Source: an uncultured candidate division Zixibacteria bacterium (lineage in GTDB: Bacteria > Zixibacteria > MSB-5A5 > GN15 > FEB-12). Taken from it: 64,000 nucleotides of DNA. The notes beneath the pieces are model-generated. The model was not told the origin of the DNA. It did not search any database and was given only the letters and a program-made list of their open reading frames with translations. The DNA is taken from assembly GCA_963735035.1 (NCBI GenBank), contig CAVTJJ010000002.1:64001-128000 (forward strand), in the 5' to 3' direction. Positions 47,135-57,406 of this stretch are shown piece by piece (position 1 is the stretch's first letter; every line of letters starts with the position of its first letter). The position numbers were made by a program, and so were the translations under genes.

Positions 47135-47788
47135 CTACGACGAAGTATTTGTTTGTGTGAATGAGGCCAGTTCGAGCCGCGTGTGTAGAGCCAGCTTGTC
47201 AAGGATGTTGCGAACATGGCCCTTGACGGTATAGACGGCAATCTCTAGTTTGAGAGCTATCTCGGCGTTGCTTCGGCCTTTGGCCAATAGCTTAACCACT
47301 TCGTGCTCACGCTCGGTCAATTTGACAGCAGCCATCACGTGATCCACCGTCCCCTCCTGAATTGCGCTCTCCACGATCTTGGAAAAGAGCGAATCGGCCA
47401 TGGTCGGAGGCAGAATCCTTACTCCCTTGATAACCGATCTGATGGTGTTCAGGAAATCGTCAAGAGTCGCGTCCTTGGGAACAAAGCCGGACACTCCCGC
47501 CTTCACGAATGCGACCACGTCGGCATGTGACGGGATCAAGTCCATGACTATCACTTCCGCTCGAGGGTACCGCTTCTTGATGGACTCGAGCACTTTCAGA
47601 CTGCTCTGACTCCTGAGGCCCAGGTCGAGCAAGACTACGTCCGGTACCAGCTTCTTGGCTTTCGCGAGGGCACTTATATTGCCGGCAGTCGATACTGCCG
47701 TAATGTCCTCTTGCTCGTTGAGCATTGCGGTGGTTCCATCGCGTAAGAGGGGATTGTCTTCGATCAGCAAGACCTTAATCTTTGCCAT
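47135..47788 (-). CDS. NarL/LuxR family response regulator
   Basis: IEDN, PDVVLLDL, GFVPKD, LTEREHEV...SNAEIA...TVKGHVRNIL. Confidence 0.92.
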   Translation of the reverse strand: MAKIKVLLIEDNPLLRDGTTAMLNEQEDITAVSTAGNISALAKAKKLVPDVVLLDLGLRSQSSLKVLESIKKRYPRAEVIVMDLIPSHADVVAFVKAGVSGFVPKDATLDDFLNTIRSVIKGVRILPPTMADSLFSKIVESAIQEGTVDHVMAAVKLTEREHEVVKLLAKGRSNAEIALKLEIAVYTVKGHVRNILDKLALHTRLELASFTQTNTSS

Positions 47789-47904
47789 TGCGAGCCGTTC
47801 TTTCATAAATTTAGCCGGGGTCCTTTCCGGGCCGGTAAAGGCCGTACAGAGAGACCACGGCATTATGTTTACCCAGTAAAGCTTACGACCGATTCCCTAG
47901 GAAA

Positions 47905-47949
47905 TCAATCGCTCTAAAGGATGAAAAAGGGATTAGCTCTTCGGACAGC
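47905..47949 (-). promoter_or_regulatory. 45-bp repeated upstream motif, copy 4
   Basis: TCAATCGCTCTAAAGGATGAAAAAGGGATTAGCTCTTCGGACAGC; minus strand TTGATT-17-TAAGCT. Confidence 0.6.
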
Positions 47950-47953
47950 AGTA

Positions 47954-48644
47954 TTACTCGCTATCTTCGGGGGATAGCGGTGGAGTCTGCTTGTTCATAC
48001 CCCGTGAATGGGCAAACGTCGCCAACTCCAGTCGAGTGTGGAGAGCCAGCTTCTCTAATATGTTATGCACGTGGCTCTTGACGGTATAGACGGCAATATT
48101 GAGCTCACTGGCGATCTCTTTATTGCTCTTTCCAGCGGCTATATTATGAATCACATCCTGCTCCCGGCTCGTCATCTTGATAGCGGAGATTAACTTGTTC
48201 ACCTGGCCACCCTGAAGTGCGTGCTCGACGATTTGAGAGAAAAGCGAACTGGTCATCAACGGCGGGAGAACCTTTGTTCCCTGCGACACCGCCCTGATAG
48301 TGTGCAGGAAATCGTGAAGGGACGCGTCTTTGAGAATGAAACCGGCAACCCCGGCTCTGACAAATTCAGCAACCTCGGCATGTGCCGGAACCAGATCCAT
48401 GACGATTACGTGCGTCTTGGGAAATTGGCGTTTTACTAATTCAACCGTTTCCAGACTGTCTTGGTCCTGGAGACCCAGGTCTCAGCAGCACCACGTCTGG
48501 TGACAGCTTTGCGGCCTTTTCGAAGGCGTCGCCATTGCCTGAAGACGACACCACCTTCATGTCCGCCTCGGAATTGAGCATTTTGGCAATTCCTTCGCGA
48601 AGGAGGCGATTGTCCTCTATCAACAGAACTTTGATTTTTGCCAT
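47954..48644 (-). pseudogene. Second NarL/LuxR response regulator split by a 1-nt insertion near 48482
   Basis: Removing one A restores PDVVLL-DLGLQDQDSLETVELVKRQFPKTHVIVMDL, collinear with the paralog. Confidence 0.85.
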
Positions 48645-48944
48645 ATCACGATTCCTCCATCGTCAACAGAAGCCCCGGCCTTGCTGAGTGATTCCACAAG
48701 TAGCGGCTGAATTTGGGGCGACTCAACCCAGTCATAGCATGGACAGAGCCATGCTATCGTAAATAATTATAGCGTTTACTCCCAGAGAGTGCAATGGGAA
48801 AATGTCTGCAGCCTCTCAGGAGCGTACTGGAACACAATGCGTACCAATCACTTCTTGGCACGAAGAGCCGCCGGGGTAGCGTTTGACATCGGCGTATCTA
48901 ATCGAACCCACCTTCTCTGACATCTGGTCTTATAGTCGAGACTG

Positions 48945-50414
48945 TCACACCCTGTTGAAATCAATGAAACCGCGCTCCACGTCCACGTGAACCAGTTGAA
49001 CGTGCACCCGGTGACCTACGTCGATATTTCCCGTTGCCTGCTCCAGTCGGCCTTCAACCGGTGGACGGAAAAGACGAACCCAGGTTCCCTTCGGTCCTGA
49101 GCCGGTGACAATAGCGTCGAACTGTTCACCGATACTTGATTCCAGCAGCATGGCCGCGGCGGATTTCGTGACCTGTCGCTCCACCTTGTTGGCCGCATCC
49201 TCTTCTTCGGTGCAATGGGCAGCCAGGGCTTCCAATTCATCGATACCGTACGGTACCGGTTTGCTTTCTATGGCAGCCTTCAGCAAGCGCTGTGTGATAA
49301 GATCGGGGTAGCGACGGTTGGGGGCGGTGGAATGAGTGTAATCCTTCACGGCGAGTCCAAAGTGTCCCGGGGCAGTCTCCCCTGGCAACTCGGCCACATA
49401 CTCGCCCGGTCCCATAAGTTTTATGACTGAAAGAGAAAGGTCAGGGAATTTTACCGGATCGGCCGCCTTCTGCTTCGTCAAGAATGCTTCCAGAGCTTTG
49501 GAGTCCGGAACATCAGGAAGGATGAATTCGTGTTCTTTGGCAATCGCCACAATCCGTTCCCATCGCTTTGGGGTGCGGACCACGCGGCGCAAAGACGGGA
49601 ACCGTCTGGCGGCGAGATAGCGCGCCGTTGCTCCGTTGGCTGCAATCATGAAATCTTCAATAATATCCTTGGCACGGTTCTTCTCTTCCACGGCGAGTTC
49701 GCGGATACTGTCGCCATCAAAGACCGGCTTGGCTTCGACAGTCTCAAAGCTAAGGGCGCCGTGAGTATGCCGGAGATTCTTCAAGCTTTGAGCGACTCTG
49801 TCCTGCAAGCGCAGGTTCTCTTCAAGACCCTTTACGGCATTCACAGCCTCAGGCACGCTCCCACTACCTTCCAGCCATGACGCTACGCCGTTATAGGCGA
49901 GCTGTGCTTGATTGCGAACCCGAGCCCGATAAATGTCAGAGTCGTGCAGGGATCCGTCCGCACCTATCACCATCTCGATGACTACCGACAGCCGATCCTC
50001 ATGGACATTCAGTGAAGTGAGGTTGGTGGAAAGATTTTCGGGAAGCATCGGAAAGATTTCGGCGGCGGTATATACCGAAGTGGTATTGTGCCGGGCGTGT
50101 TGGTCGATAGCCGTGCCGGCCTTCACCAGCGAATCTACGTCGGCGATAGCGACCAGTATCTTCGTCATGTCTCCGGGCATGGCTTCAGCGACCGTCAACT
50201 GATCCAGGTCCCTGGAATCATCGTTGTCGATGGAAGCCCACAGCAGGTTGGTCATATCTCGTACTTTCCCGCCGTCGACGGTGGCGGGAGTCTTGATCCC
50301 GGCGAGCTGCTGCAGGGCTGCCGGAGAGAAGTCGGGGAGTAATCCCCTCTCTGTCATGACTCTTCGGGCGATTCGCTGAAGAATTGCGCGATGATGACTA
50401 TCTGTCGAGTTCAT
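48945..50414 (-). CDS. RNB domain ribonuclease (RNase II/R family)
   Basis: SIDNDDSRDLDQ, IEDFMIAAN, YTHSTAPNRRYPDL, C-terminal S1. Confidence 0.92.
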   Translation of the reverse strand: MNSTDSHHRAILQRIARRVMTERGLLPDFSPAALQQLAGIKTPATVDGGKVRDMTNLLWASIDNDDSRDLDQLTVAEAMPGDMTKILVAIADVDSLVKAGTAIDQHARHNTTSVYTAAEIFPMLPENLSTNLTSLNVHEDRLSVVIEMVIGADGSLHDSDIYRARVRNQAQLAYNGVASWLEGSGSVPEAVNAVKGLEENLRLQDRVAQSLKNLRHTHGALSFETVEAKPVFDGDSIRELAVEEKNRAKDIIEDFMIAANGATARYLAARRFPSLRRVVRTPKRWERIVAIAKEHEFILPDVPDSKALEAFLTKQKAADPVKFPDLSLSVIKLMGPGEYVAELPGETAPGHFGLAVKDYTHSTAPNRRYPDLITQRLLKAAIESKPVPYGIDELEALAAHCTEEEDAANKVERQVTKSAAAMLLESSIGEQFDAIVTGSGPKGTWVRLFRPPVEGRLEQATGNIDVGHRVHVQLVHVDVERGFIDFNRV

Positions 50415-50521
50415 AGATCTTGTCTCTGTGTCTTGATAATCGTTTATTGTTCACATTCGGTGATTCGGTTCTATCGCCCTGTGGCTATTCTCACACAATT
50501 TAGTGGTTGAGCAGGACCGTG

Positions 50522-50566
50522 TCCATTACTCCAAAGGTTGAAAAGAGATTTAGCCCATTCGATTGA
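50522..50566 (-). promoter_or_regulatory. 45-bp repeated upstream motif, copy 5
   Basis: TCCATTACTCCAAAGGTTGAAAAGAGATTTAGCCCATTCGATTGA; minus strand TGGACA-17-TAAATT. Confidence 0.55.
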
Positions 50567-50727
50567 GCCGTTTAATGTTAGTTCAAGTCAGGCGTAGAAT
50601 AAACTCAAGCGCGGACTACGAACTACTGCTCGAAACCTGGCGGAGACGTCGTGTGCCTCACCGCTTGATGCCTGTTGACTAATCTCGCCTTCTGCGACGC
50701 CCCCCTCACCTAGCCGTCTCAAAATAA

Positions 50728-50753
50728 AAAATAGCGGTGCAGGGACTCGAACC
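50728..50753 (-). repeat. tRNA 3'-end fragment (att-like direct repeat, left)
   Basis: Minus strand GGTTCGAGTCCCTGCACCGCTA = T-arm plus acceptor strand; no 5' half; identical 26 bp at 58393-58418. Confidence 0.8.
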
Positions 50754-50840
50754 CCGGAGTCGATCAGGCCAGCTCGCGCAATCTTCCTGAAGTACATAGA
50801 ATTGACGAATAACACCTTGATACGTATGGGGTTGGGTCTT

Positions 50841-50880
50841 TTGAACTGGTTTAAACTGTTTTGAGTTGTTTTGAACTGTT
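50841..50880 (+). repeat. Four imperfect 10-bp tandem repeats
   Basis: TTGAACTGGT TTAAACTGTT TTGAGTTGTT TTGAACTGTT. Confidence 0.7.
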
Positions 50881-51070
50881 TGGAATAGAAGTTGTCACAA
50901 ACTTGTCACACACCCTTGGATCCGATTGTCGACTGTTGTATCCACGTCGTTCCACAACCCTGCCTGATCACACGTTGCACCTTCCGCCTGTCAAAGTATG
51001 AATGCCGCCAATTCTTAACATGCGCCCGCTTGCACTGAGCTAAACAGTGCCAATTGGTGACCGCTCAGCA

Positions 51071-51577
51071 CTATTCAAAATCAGGATACACGAAGCTATA
51101 CTTACCAGTTTGCATGCGCTTGACAATGTCCGGCGGGGATACGACAATACCAACCTCAGCTTTTCTGTTCTCCCCATGCAGTTTTCCTACACGCTTGAAT
51201 TCCTCACCAATTCGCCACACATACCAGTTGTGCGATATTGCAACCGGTGTTTCGCCCAGCTTACATCCGTAGTCGTTCGTGTCTCTGAACAGAACTCTAA
51301 GATCGCCCGTCTCGGATACATTACCGACTCTCTCCCAGAGCCCCATCCTAATTCCCCAATGAATGACCACATGCGCATAGAATGCGACATCGTCGTCGAT
51401 TATGCTTTTCAGAACAGGAGAATCCGTCACGGGATGAGCCCGTGCGAAAGCTCTAACAACGTCCGCATTAAGTTGTGTGGGATCGTTGGCCACATATTGA
51501 AAGTACTTCCGCGATTGCTCATTGATCCTCACCGAGAACACGTCGCCAATCACGATCCGGGAGTGTTTTGTGCTCAT
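51071..51577 (-). CDS. Immunity protein, Imm26-like
   Basis: IVIGDVFSVRI...KYFQYV; downstream of Rhs; 4-nt overlap with upstream gene. Confidence 0.65.
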   Translation of the reverse strand: MSTKHSRIVIGDVFSVRINEQSRKYFQYVANDPTQLNADVVRAFARAHPVTDSPVLKSIIDDDVAFYAHVVIHWGIRMGLWERVGNVSETGDLRVLFRDTNDYGCKLGETPVAISHNWYVWRIGEEFKRVGKLHGENRKAEVGIVVSPPDIVKRMQTGKYSFVYPDFE

Positions 51578-52521
51578 ACGAAGTCAGCGCACTGATCGTT
51601 CCATTCTTGAACTCCAACGGTAAGCGCCTTCTCGACAGCCTCCTTGAACGAGTTTCCCACCGGAATCGGAATGTGCTCTTCGTTATCTATGTAGTACAAT
51701 CCGGGCTCCCGATTGCGAAGAAGACACAAGGCTCCGTAGCCTACAATGTCGGCTAACTTGAGGACATACTCGTGTGGCGTCACGTAGACCCATGCTTGAG
51801 AAGGTCCAAGTATTTCTATCAGTTCGTCACATTTCAAGTATTCGCAACAGGCTGTGAACTCGAGATAATCCTGCGGAAACGCCAAGTCATAGTAATCTAC
51901 TATTCTGCCGCGGTTCTCCTCGCTGAGAGGTCCCCAAATAGCGGCACATTCGCGTGAGCACAATAGGCTCCTGATCCACACCGGCAACGCTTCAATAGAG
52001 CTAGCATGTTCACATGGAAAAGGATTTGCATCCATCGGGTCAAACAGTACGTGAACATCTGAAACTTCAATGTCTGCCGGACGAGGGCTACTTGTTCCGA
52101 ACACCTGGCGCGGAGACTGTTCGAAACTCATCTGGCACAGACAACCGCGAGATATGTACAAGTCCGCACGTACCTGGTGGTTCTCGGGGTTGTGGTACCC
52201 CCTCACGATTGCGGAAGCGACCGGCTGGAGCAGGATATCGCTGAAAGCAAACGGAGCTGACACGATCGGTGTCACATGCCACAATTTGCGATACGATGAA
52301 AACGTTAGCGTCTGTCCCTTATCCCAATGAGAGGTAATATTCAATTGCGACATTTGCATCCGCATGCAGTTGCGGGCGAGGGGCGGTAAGGCATCACAAA
52401 TTCTGTCAAGAACAAGCGACTCATACGGCCTGCGTCTATGCCAGCACACAAGCTTCCCAATTCCAAAGCAAATTGATGACTCGACTTTCGACAGGAAATC
52501 GGTCACGTTGGCTTCACTCAT
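51574..52521 (-). CDS. SMI1/KNR4 (SUKH) domain immunity protein
   Basis: C-terminal PLSEE...LAFPQDYLEF...LYYIDNE...VGNSFKEAVE. Confidence 0.7.
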   Translation of the reverse strand: MSEANVTDFLSKVESSICFGIGKLVCWHRRRPYESLVLDRICDALPPLARNCMRMQMSQLNITSHWDKGQTLTFSSYRKLWHVTPIVSAPFAFSDILLQPVASAIVRGYHNPENHQVRADLYISRGCLCQMSFEQSPRQVFGTSSPRPADIEVSDVHVLFDPMDANPFPCEHASSIEALPVWIRSLLCSRECAAIWGPLSEENRGRIVDYYDLAFPQDYLEFTACCEYLKCDELIEILGPSQAWVYVTPHEYVLKLADIVGYGALCLLRNREPGLYYIDNEEHIPIPVGNSFKEAVEKALTVGVQEWNDQCADFV

Positions 52522-52765
52522 GTCACATCCTTTCCATAGACTCAGATCAACAGAGGTGACCGGGTAGATCAGCTACCGATGTGGAGTTGTTCACTTGCTC
52601 TGACATGATCAGACGTTGACTGATTGCGGGATATCGCTGCATTCCGGGCGACAACGAATCATCTACGAAGCCCATACCACGATCTGATAGTTCCATATTG
52701 GGCAGCCAATCCAAGTGGTTATTCAAGCGTCAAACGCTCCTGTAGTTACACTATTCACACTGCAA

Positions 52766-55700
52766 TCAGTTCTGGTCGAGCCAGTCATTGATAAACATTC
52801 CGAGCGTGCCATAGGCGGCGCCAAATATTAGTCCCCTGTATGGAAGTGGTAGCCTCGTCCATTGGCGCATTGCCCACGGCCACTTCATATCTCTGGTAAT
52901 GCCTTTTACGAAGTTCCCTCTCGGGTCATGCATTGTGTGCACCCACTTAGACACGTAGTTGCCGTTCCAAATCGTGTAACGATTGAACCTCGCAATACCA
53001 AGTTTTTCGAAGTACCTTGTCGGAAACCAGTGTGAGAACTGTAATCCCGACCTTGTTGAGCCCAGCTTCCAATACCTGGCAGACCGTGCCAGAGACATTC
53101 TCACTCCTCCGGTTAGACCTGTGAATGTACTAGCGGCGAATCCAGCCCATTCTCCAATCTTGTAAGCGTTCGAGCAAACATCGGTATAGTAGTCTCCGCC
53201 ATAGAGTTCCGTGCGCCTTATTATTTTGGTGATGCCCAGTGATGCTACATCACCAAATCCTATCATGAATTGAGCGGCATCGTCACCAAACTCACCCAAA
53301 GAGTACAACCCCATAGGGTCTATATAGTTTATCGGATTCTGGCCGGCGTAGCCATACAAATTCAACCCTCCAGCAATACCAATCGGGTCCGGCGTTATAT
53401 ACCGACCCAGGGTTGGCTGGTACTGGCGGAACATGTTGTAGTACAAATCGGTCGAACGGTCATGGTATTGTCCAGGGAACCGCGGATTACTAAGCGTTGA
53501 CGCGTTCTCACTTGCCAGCGCGCCAAACGGGTAGTACTGCGCACTCCAGCGGATAGTCTTTGCAGAGTCGGTCACGGCCTGTGGCGTCCCGAGATGGTCG
53601 TTGTGGTACCAGCCAATGTCAAAATGGGTCACGGTTGTAGTGTCTACTTCCTCGTTGTACGCCCACACTCGCGCGATCGGCTGCCCGTATAAGTAGACAT
53701 AGTCGGTCTCCCAATCCCCGGAGTAGTATTCGGTCAGCAGCAGCCCGTTGGCGGCATGAATGTACCGGCTTGTCCCACCGGGCGTGGTCAAGGACGAGCG
53801 CTGGCTCCTCGAGTTGTAGGCCTGCTGGTAGGTCGTGTCGTTCTGAGTCACCGACACCAACCGGTTCGCTTGGTCATACCCGTACTCGGTGGTGTCAGAC
53901 CCGACTACCTGCGTGACCAGATTGCCAATATCATCGTATACAAAACTCGCCTGTGTGAACCCGGACAAGCCGGTCAGTCGGTTGTTCGCATAGGTGTAAG
54001 TCGTTGTATCATAGCCCACTATCTCTCTGCGACGGTCGCCGTTGTCATAATACTCGTACCGGATTGTGTCCTGCGCCAGTGACGATCGAATCATCCGGGT
54101 CAAGCGGTTCTGCTTGTCATAGGAATAGCTCGTGCTATTCCCCGTATTGAGCGAATCGTAGTACGACAGCACGTTCCCAGTTGTATCGTACAGGTACGAC
54201 CGCCGCAAGACCGTGTCCGCACCAGTACTGATCCCCGTAAGAAATCCCCGGGTGTCATAATTGTACTTAGTCTCTATCCCGTTGCCGTACCAGACCGACT
54301 TGATCCCGCCGAAAGGCTCGTAGGCAATCGAATCCGCAATGACTTGAGATTGTCCCTCGCCGAACTGAGCGCTCACCCGGCTCACACGTCCCTCGGAATC
54401 GTACGAGTAGGTGTACTCTACACCCGACGGATAGGTCACCGAGGCAACCTCACCATTCTTGGTGTAAGTGTATGCTATGACGCAGGATGTGTCGTCAAGT
54501 TCGTGGGCTTCCTCGATCACCCGCCCGAAGGCATCGTACTCATATTCGATACCCACTCCATCTTTCGCTTCCCTCACCAGCCGACCCCGGGCATAGGCAG
54601 ATGTCGAGTCGCCGTCGTACTCATAGGTAACATCCAGCGTGCTGTCCGGGTAGTCAGCCAAAGTCACCCGCCCCAGAGCATCGTATTCGAACTCAACCGT
54701 CGTCCCGCTGGCATCGGCGTGACTGACCAGGTTACCCGCAGCGTCGTAAGCGTACTCGGTCACCCCAGTAACCGCGCAGCTATCTCTTAGCAAATGGCCG
54801 CGATCATCGTACCAGAACGCGAACACATTGCTGTCCGGATCGGTGACTCGTGTGAGGTTGTCCTGGATGTCATAAGCCAGATGGGTCGTCAGGTGAGAGC
54901 CGTCATCTGCCACTTCTACAATCTCCGTCACTCTGCCAAATAGGTCATACTCTATGAAGGTGGAGTCATTTAGTGCTGAGACTATAATCGTATCAAGCCA
55001 CCCCATCGCGTCATAGCGGTACTCGTACCCTTCCCGCTCGGTCAACTGGGACTTCCAGTTGTAGGTGTATGCCTCTTGCATGCGAAGCTGATTGGCAGTG
55101 TCGTAGTAATTGACGCTGCTGAGGTTCGACATGTTGTCGTAGTCGTACGCTATAGAGTCGCCGCTACCATTGAGGAGATATGTCAGCCAGTTGTGCTCAT
55201 CATAGTTCAACGAATAAGTGTTGCCCATCGGCGAGGTGATCTCAGTGATGGCTCCCTTGCAATTGAGAGTCAGGTCTGTGGACGCACTATCGGCGCTTAG
55301 TGAGTTCTCGAGGATGCGGTTGACACGCCCCCGTTTGTCGTACTCGTATTCTGTCTTAACGCCATTTGGCTCAATGACATACGGCATACTTCCCGGCCCG
55401 ATGTCGCGTGCTCCGAAAGCCACGGTATCGCCGTTTGGGAAGATCGCATAAAGCAAGTCTGCGGTAGTCGAGTCGTATCGAAGAGCAATCGTATCAGCAA
55501 TATTTGTACGTGGACCATCAACTTTGATGAGTTGACCTCGAGAGTTGTAGTCAAACCTGGAGGTGTCAGCGTAGCTAGTACTGGAATCGATCCAGCCGGT
55601 TTCAATCCGTTCTAAAGCGTTGCCATTGGAATCTCGAACCAATACCGTTTCTCGATACCCCGACGGATTGGCGACACTGGCCATTTTGATGCGAGTCGGC

Positions 55701-57406
55701 AGATTATAGGTAGCGTCGTATTCGAAGGTCGTAGTAATTGAGTCTCCGTAATAGGCGTCACGAATAAGAGTATCGAGGTTGCCGTAATCGTCATACTCCG
55801 TCAAGTCAATGCGCCCATTGGCGTACTCGACTGAAGTTACGCGCCCCTGAAAGTCATGGTGGAAGTGACGACCGCAGCTACCGCAGTCATTGTCAACAAC
55901 ATCTTCCAGGTAACGTCGCCAGTTTCCGGTGTTCTGTCGGGAATAATAGGAGGTTGTTAGAGAAGTATCGTGATTCTGAGTCACTTCCGTCTCGTATATG
56001 CGAGCCGTGATGACGGTGTCGATCGTGGTATCCACACCGTCGACAATCGTATCGACATAGAACTCAGTGGAATCTTGCGTATAGGCCAATGATACGTGCT
56101 CCACGTCAGGGCCAATATCGTTGTACGCTTCTACTACCATGCCACATGAACCATATCTAAAATGCCACGAAGCACCGTCCGAAGTGGTGGTCTGCACAAT
56201 GCGGCGGCGATCTGCGGACGCTGTCCCGGCCGTGTATTGCTCCCACGAACTGTCCGGGTAGGTCACTTTCCTCAGGAATCCCGTCGAGTCCACGTATGCG
56301 TATCTAACCAACACATGGTTGTCCGCGTCATTGACGCTGTACAGCACGTACTGTCCTCCTGCGGTGGTGTACTCCAAATCAAGGTGTCTAGTGCTATCAA
56401 CAGCAATGCGACGCAGATAACCGCCCGACCAATCTAACTTGATTTGATTGCCGTTACGGTCTGTGATCTTGGTCAGGTTGAACAGTAGTGTATCCCCGTA
56501 GGAGAATTCGAGTAGGGTACCATCGTCGGTCGTAACGACATATCTGTTACTATCCGCATTGTAGTCCAGAGCGTATTCCGATTCGACCGGACTGAACGAC
56601 CGATTGCCCACACTCCCCTGTCCCTTGAAGTGTATTGCCCTGCCGGTCCCCTCTACCATGACAACCTCATTCACAATATACGCTTCAGAGAGATCATTGT
56701 AAGGGTACCACCGATCTGCTTCATACAGCCTGGCGTTGTAGTTGTAAGTCCACATCTTGGTGGGATTTGGCTTGCTTTCATTGGAGTAGCTGTTGTAGTA
56801 GCGCGTAAACGAAATGGGGAGCCCTGCATCATTCTCCACCACCGCGTCAGTCCGGACCAAATTGAGATTCCCGTTGACTGCATTAACCGGATCACTTATA
56901 GCTGACGCGCATGCCATAGGGCCAAAATCCGCCGCCACGTCCGGCAGAAACGGCACGCTAACAGCAACATTGGACTTGCTCCTGCATATCACCACAGTAC
57001 TGTTATTGTCATAGGATGAGGCAGCAGTTTCAAATGTGACAACACGGCTGCACCAACCCACGGTCAGATACTTGTCGCTGATGTTGCAATGGACACAGCC
57101 TGTATCGTTGGGTATTCCCGCAGTACATTCGACCGAACTACCAAACCCATTGCCCCCTGCAACGCACTTCACCGAGAAACGATTTGTCGCGCTTGGATAA
57201 GCATCGAACATAGTGCCTGATCCGTTAACGCGAAATTTGTGGGTGCGAGTGGCAGCGTTTACAACCGACGAGTGCTGCACCGAGACACTTGCTCCGTTTG
57301 CACAGTCACCATTACAGCCAGAAATAATATCGCCTTGCCCGAGCGTATCAGGCGGGCACAACAGAAGCGCGACAATGACGATAGCAGCCAACAGCAGAGC
57401 ATCCAT
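52766..57406 (-). CDS. Rhs/YD-repeat polymorphic toxin (start uncertain; ORF open to 57622)
   Basis: DPVNAVNGN...FTRYYNS (DUF6531-like), many YD repeats, RFPGQY...PDPIGIAGGLNLYGYAGQNPINYIDPMGL. Confidence 0.93.
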   Translation of the reverse strand: MDALLLAAIVIVALLLCPPDTLGQGDIISGCNGDCANGASVSVQHSSVVNAATRTHKFRVNGSGTMFDAYPSATNRFSVKCVAGGNGFGSSVECTAGIPNDTGCVHCNISDKYLTVGWCSRVVTFETAASSYDNNSTVVICRSKSNVAVSVPFLPDVAADFGPMACASAISDPVNAVNGNLNLVRTDAVVENDAGLPISFTRYYNSYSNESKPNPTKMWTYNYNARLYEADRWYPYNDLSEAYIVNEVVMVEGTGRAIHFKGQGSVGNRSFSPVESEYALDYNADSNRYVVTTDDGTLLEFSYGDTLLFNLTKITDRNGNQIKLDWSGGYLRRIAVDSTRHLDLEYTTAGGQYVLYSVNDADNHVLVRYAYVDSTGFLRKVTYPDSSWEQYTAGTASADRRRIVQTTTSDGASWHFRYGSCGMVVEAYNDIGPDVEHVSLAYTQDSTEFYVDTIVDGVDTTIDTVITARIYETEVTQNHDTSLTTSYYSRQNTGNWRRYLEDVVDNDCGSCGRHFHHDFQGRVTSVEYANGRIDLTEYDDYGNLDTLIRDAYYGDSITTTFEYDATYNLPTRIKMASVANPSGYRETVLVRDSNGNALERIETGWIDSSTSYADTSRFDYNSRGQLIKVDGPRTNIADTIALRYDSTTADLLYAIFPNGDTVAFGARDIGPGSMPYVIEPNGVKTEYEYDKRGRVNRILENSLSADSASTDLTLNCKGAITEITSPMGNTYSLNYDEHNWLTYLLNGSGDSIAYDYDNMSNLSSVNYYDTANQLRMQEAYTYNWKSQLTEREGYEYRYDAMGWLDTIIVSALNDSTFIEYDLFGRVTEIVEVADDGSHLTTHLAYDIQDNLTRVTDPDSNVFAFWYDDRGHLLRDSCAVTGVTEYAYDAAGNLVSHADASGTTVEFEYDALGRVTLADYPDSTLDVTYEYDGDSTSAYARGRLVREAKDGVGIEYEYDAFGRVIEEAHELDDTSCVIAYTYTKNGEVASVTYPSGVEYTYSYDSEGRVSRVSAQFGEGQSQVIADSIAYEPFGGIKSVWYGNGIETKYNYDTRGFLTGISTGADTVLRRSYLYDTTGNVLSYYDSLNTGNSTSYSYDKQNRLTRMIRSSLAQDTIRYEYYDNGDRRREIVGYDTTTYTYANNRLTGLSGFTQASFVYDDIGNLVTQVVGSDTTEYGYDQANRLVSVTQNDTTYQQAYNSRSQRSSLTTPGGTSRYIHAANGLLLTEYYSGDWETDYVYLYGQPIARVWAYNEEVDTTTVTHFDIGWYHNDHLGTPQAVTDSAKTIRWSAQYYPFGALASENASTLSNPRFPGQYHDRSTDLYYNMFRQYQPTLGRYITPDPIGIAGGLNLYGYAGQNPINYIDPMGLYSLGEFGDDAAQFMIGFGDVASLGITKIIRRTELYGGDYYTDVCSNAYKIGEWAGFAASTFTGLTGGVRMSLARSARYWKLGSTRSGLQFSHWFPTRYFEKLGIARFNRYTIWNGNYVSKWVHTMHDPRGNFVKGITRDMKWPWAMRQWTRLPLPYRGLIFGAAYGTLGMFINDWLDQN

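Noticed and set aside
50728..50760. Complete tRNA gene here or at 58393
   Set aside because: Only the T-arm and acceptor 3' strand are present; no D-arm or anticodon arm
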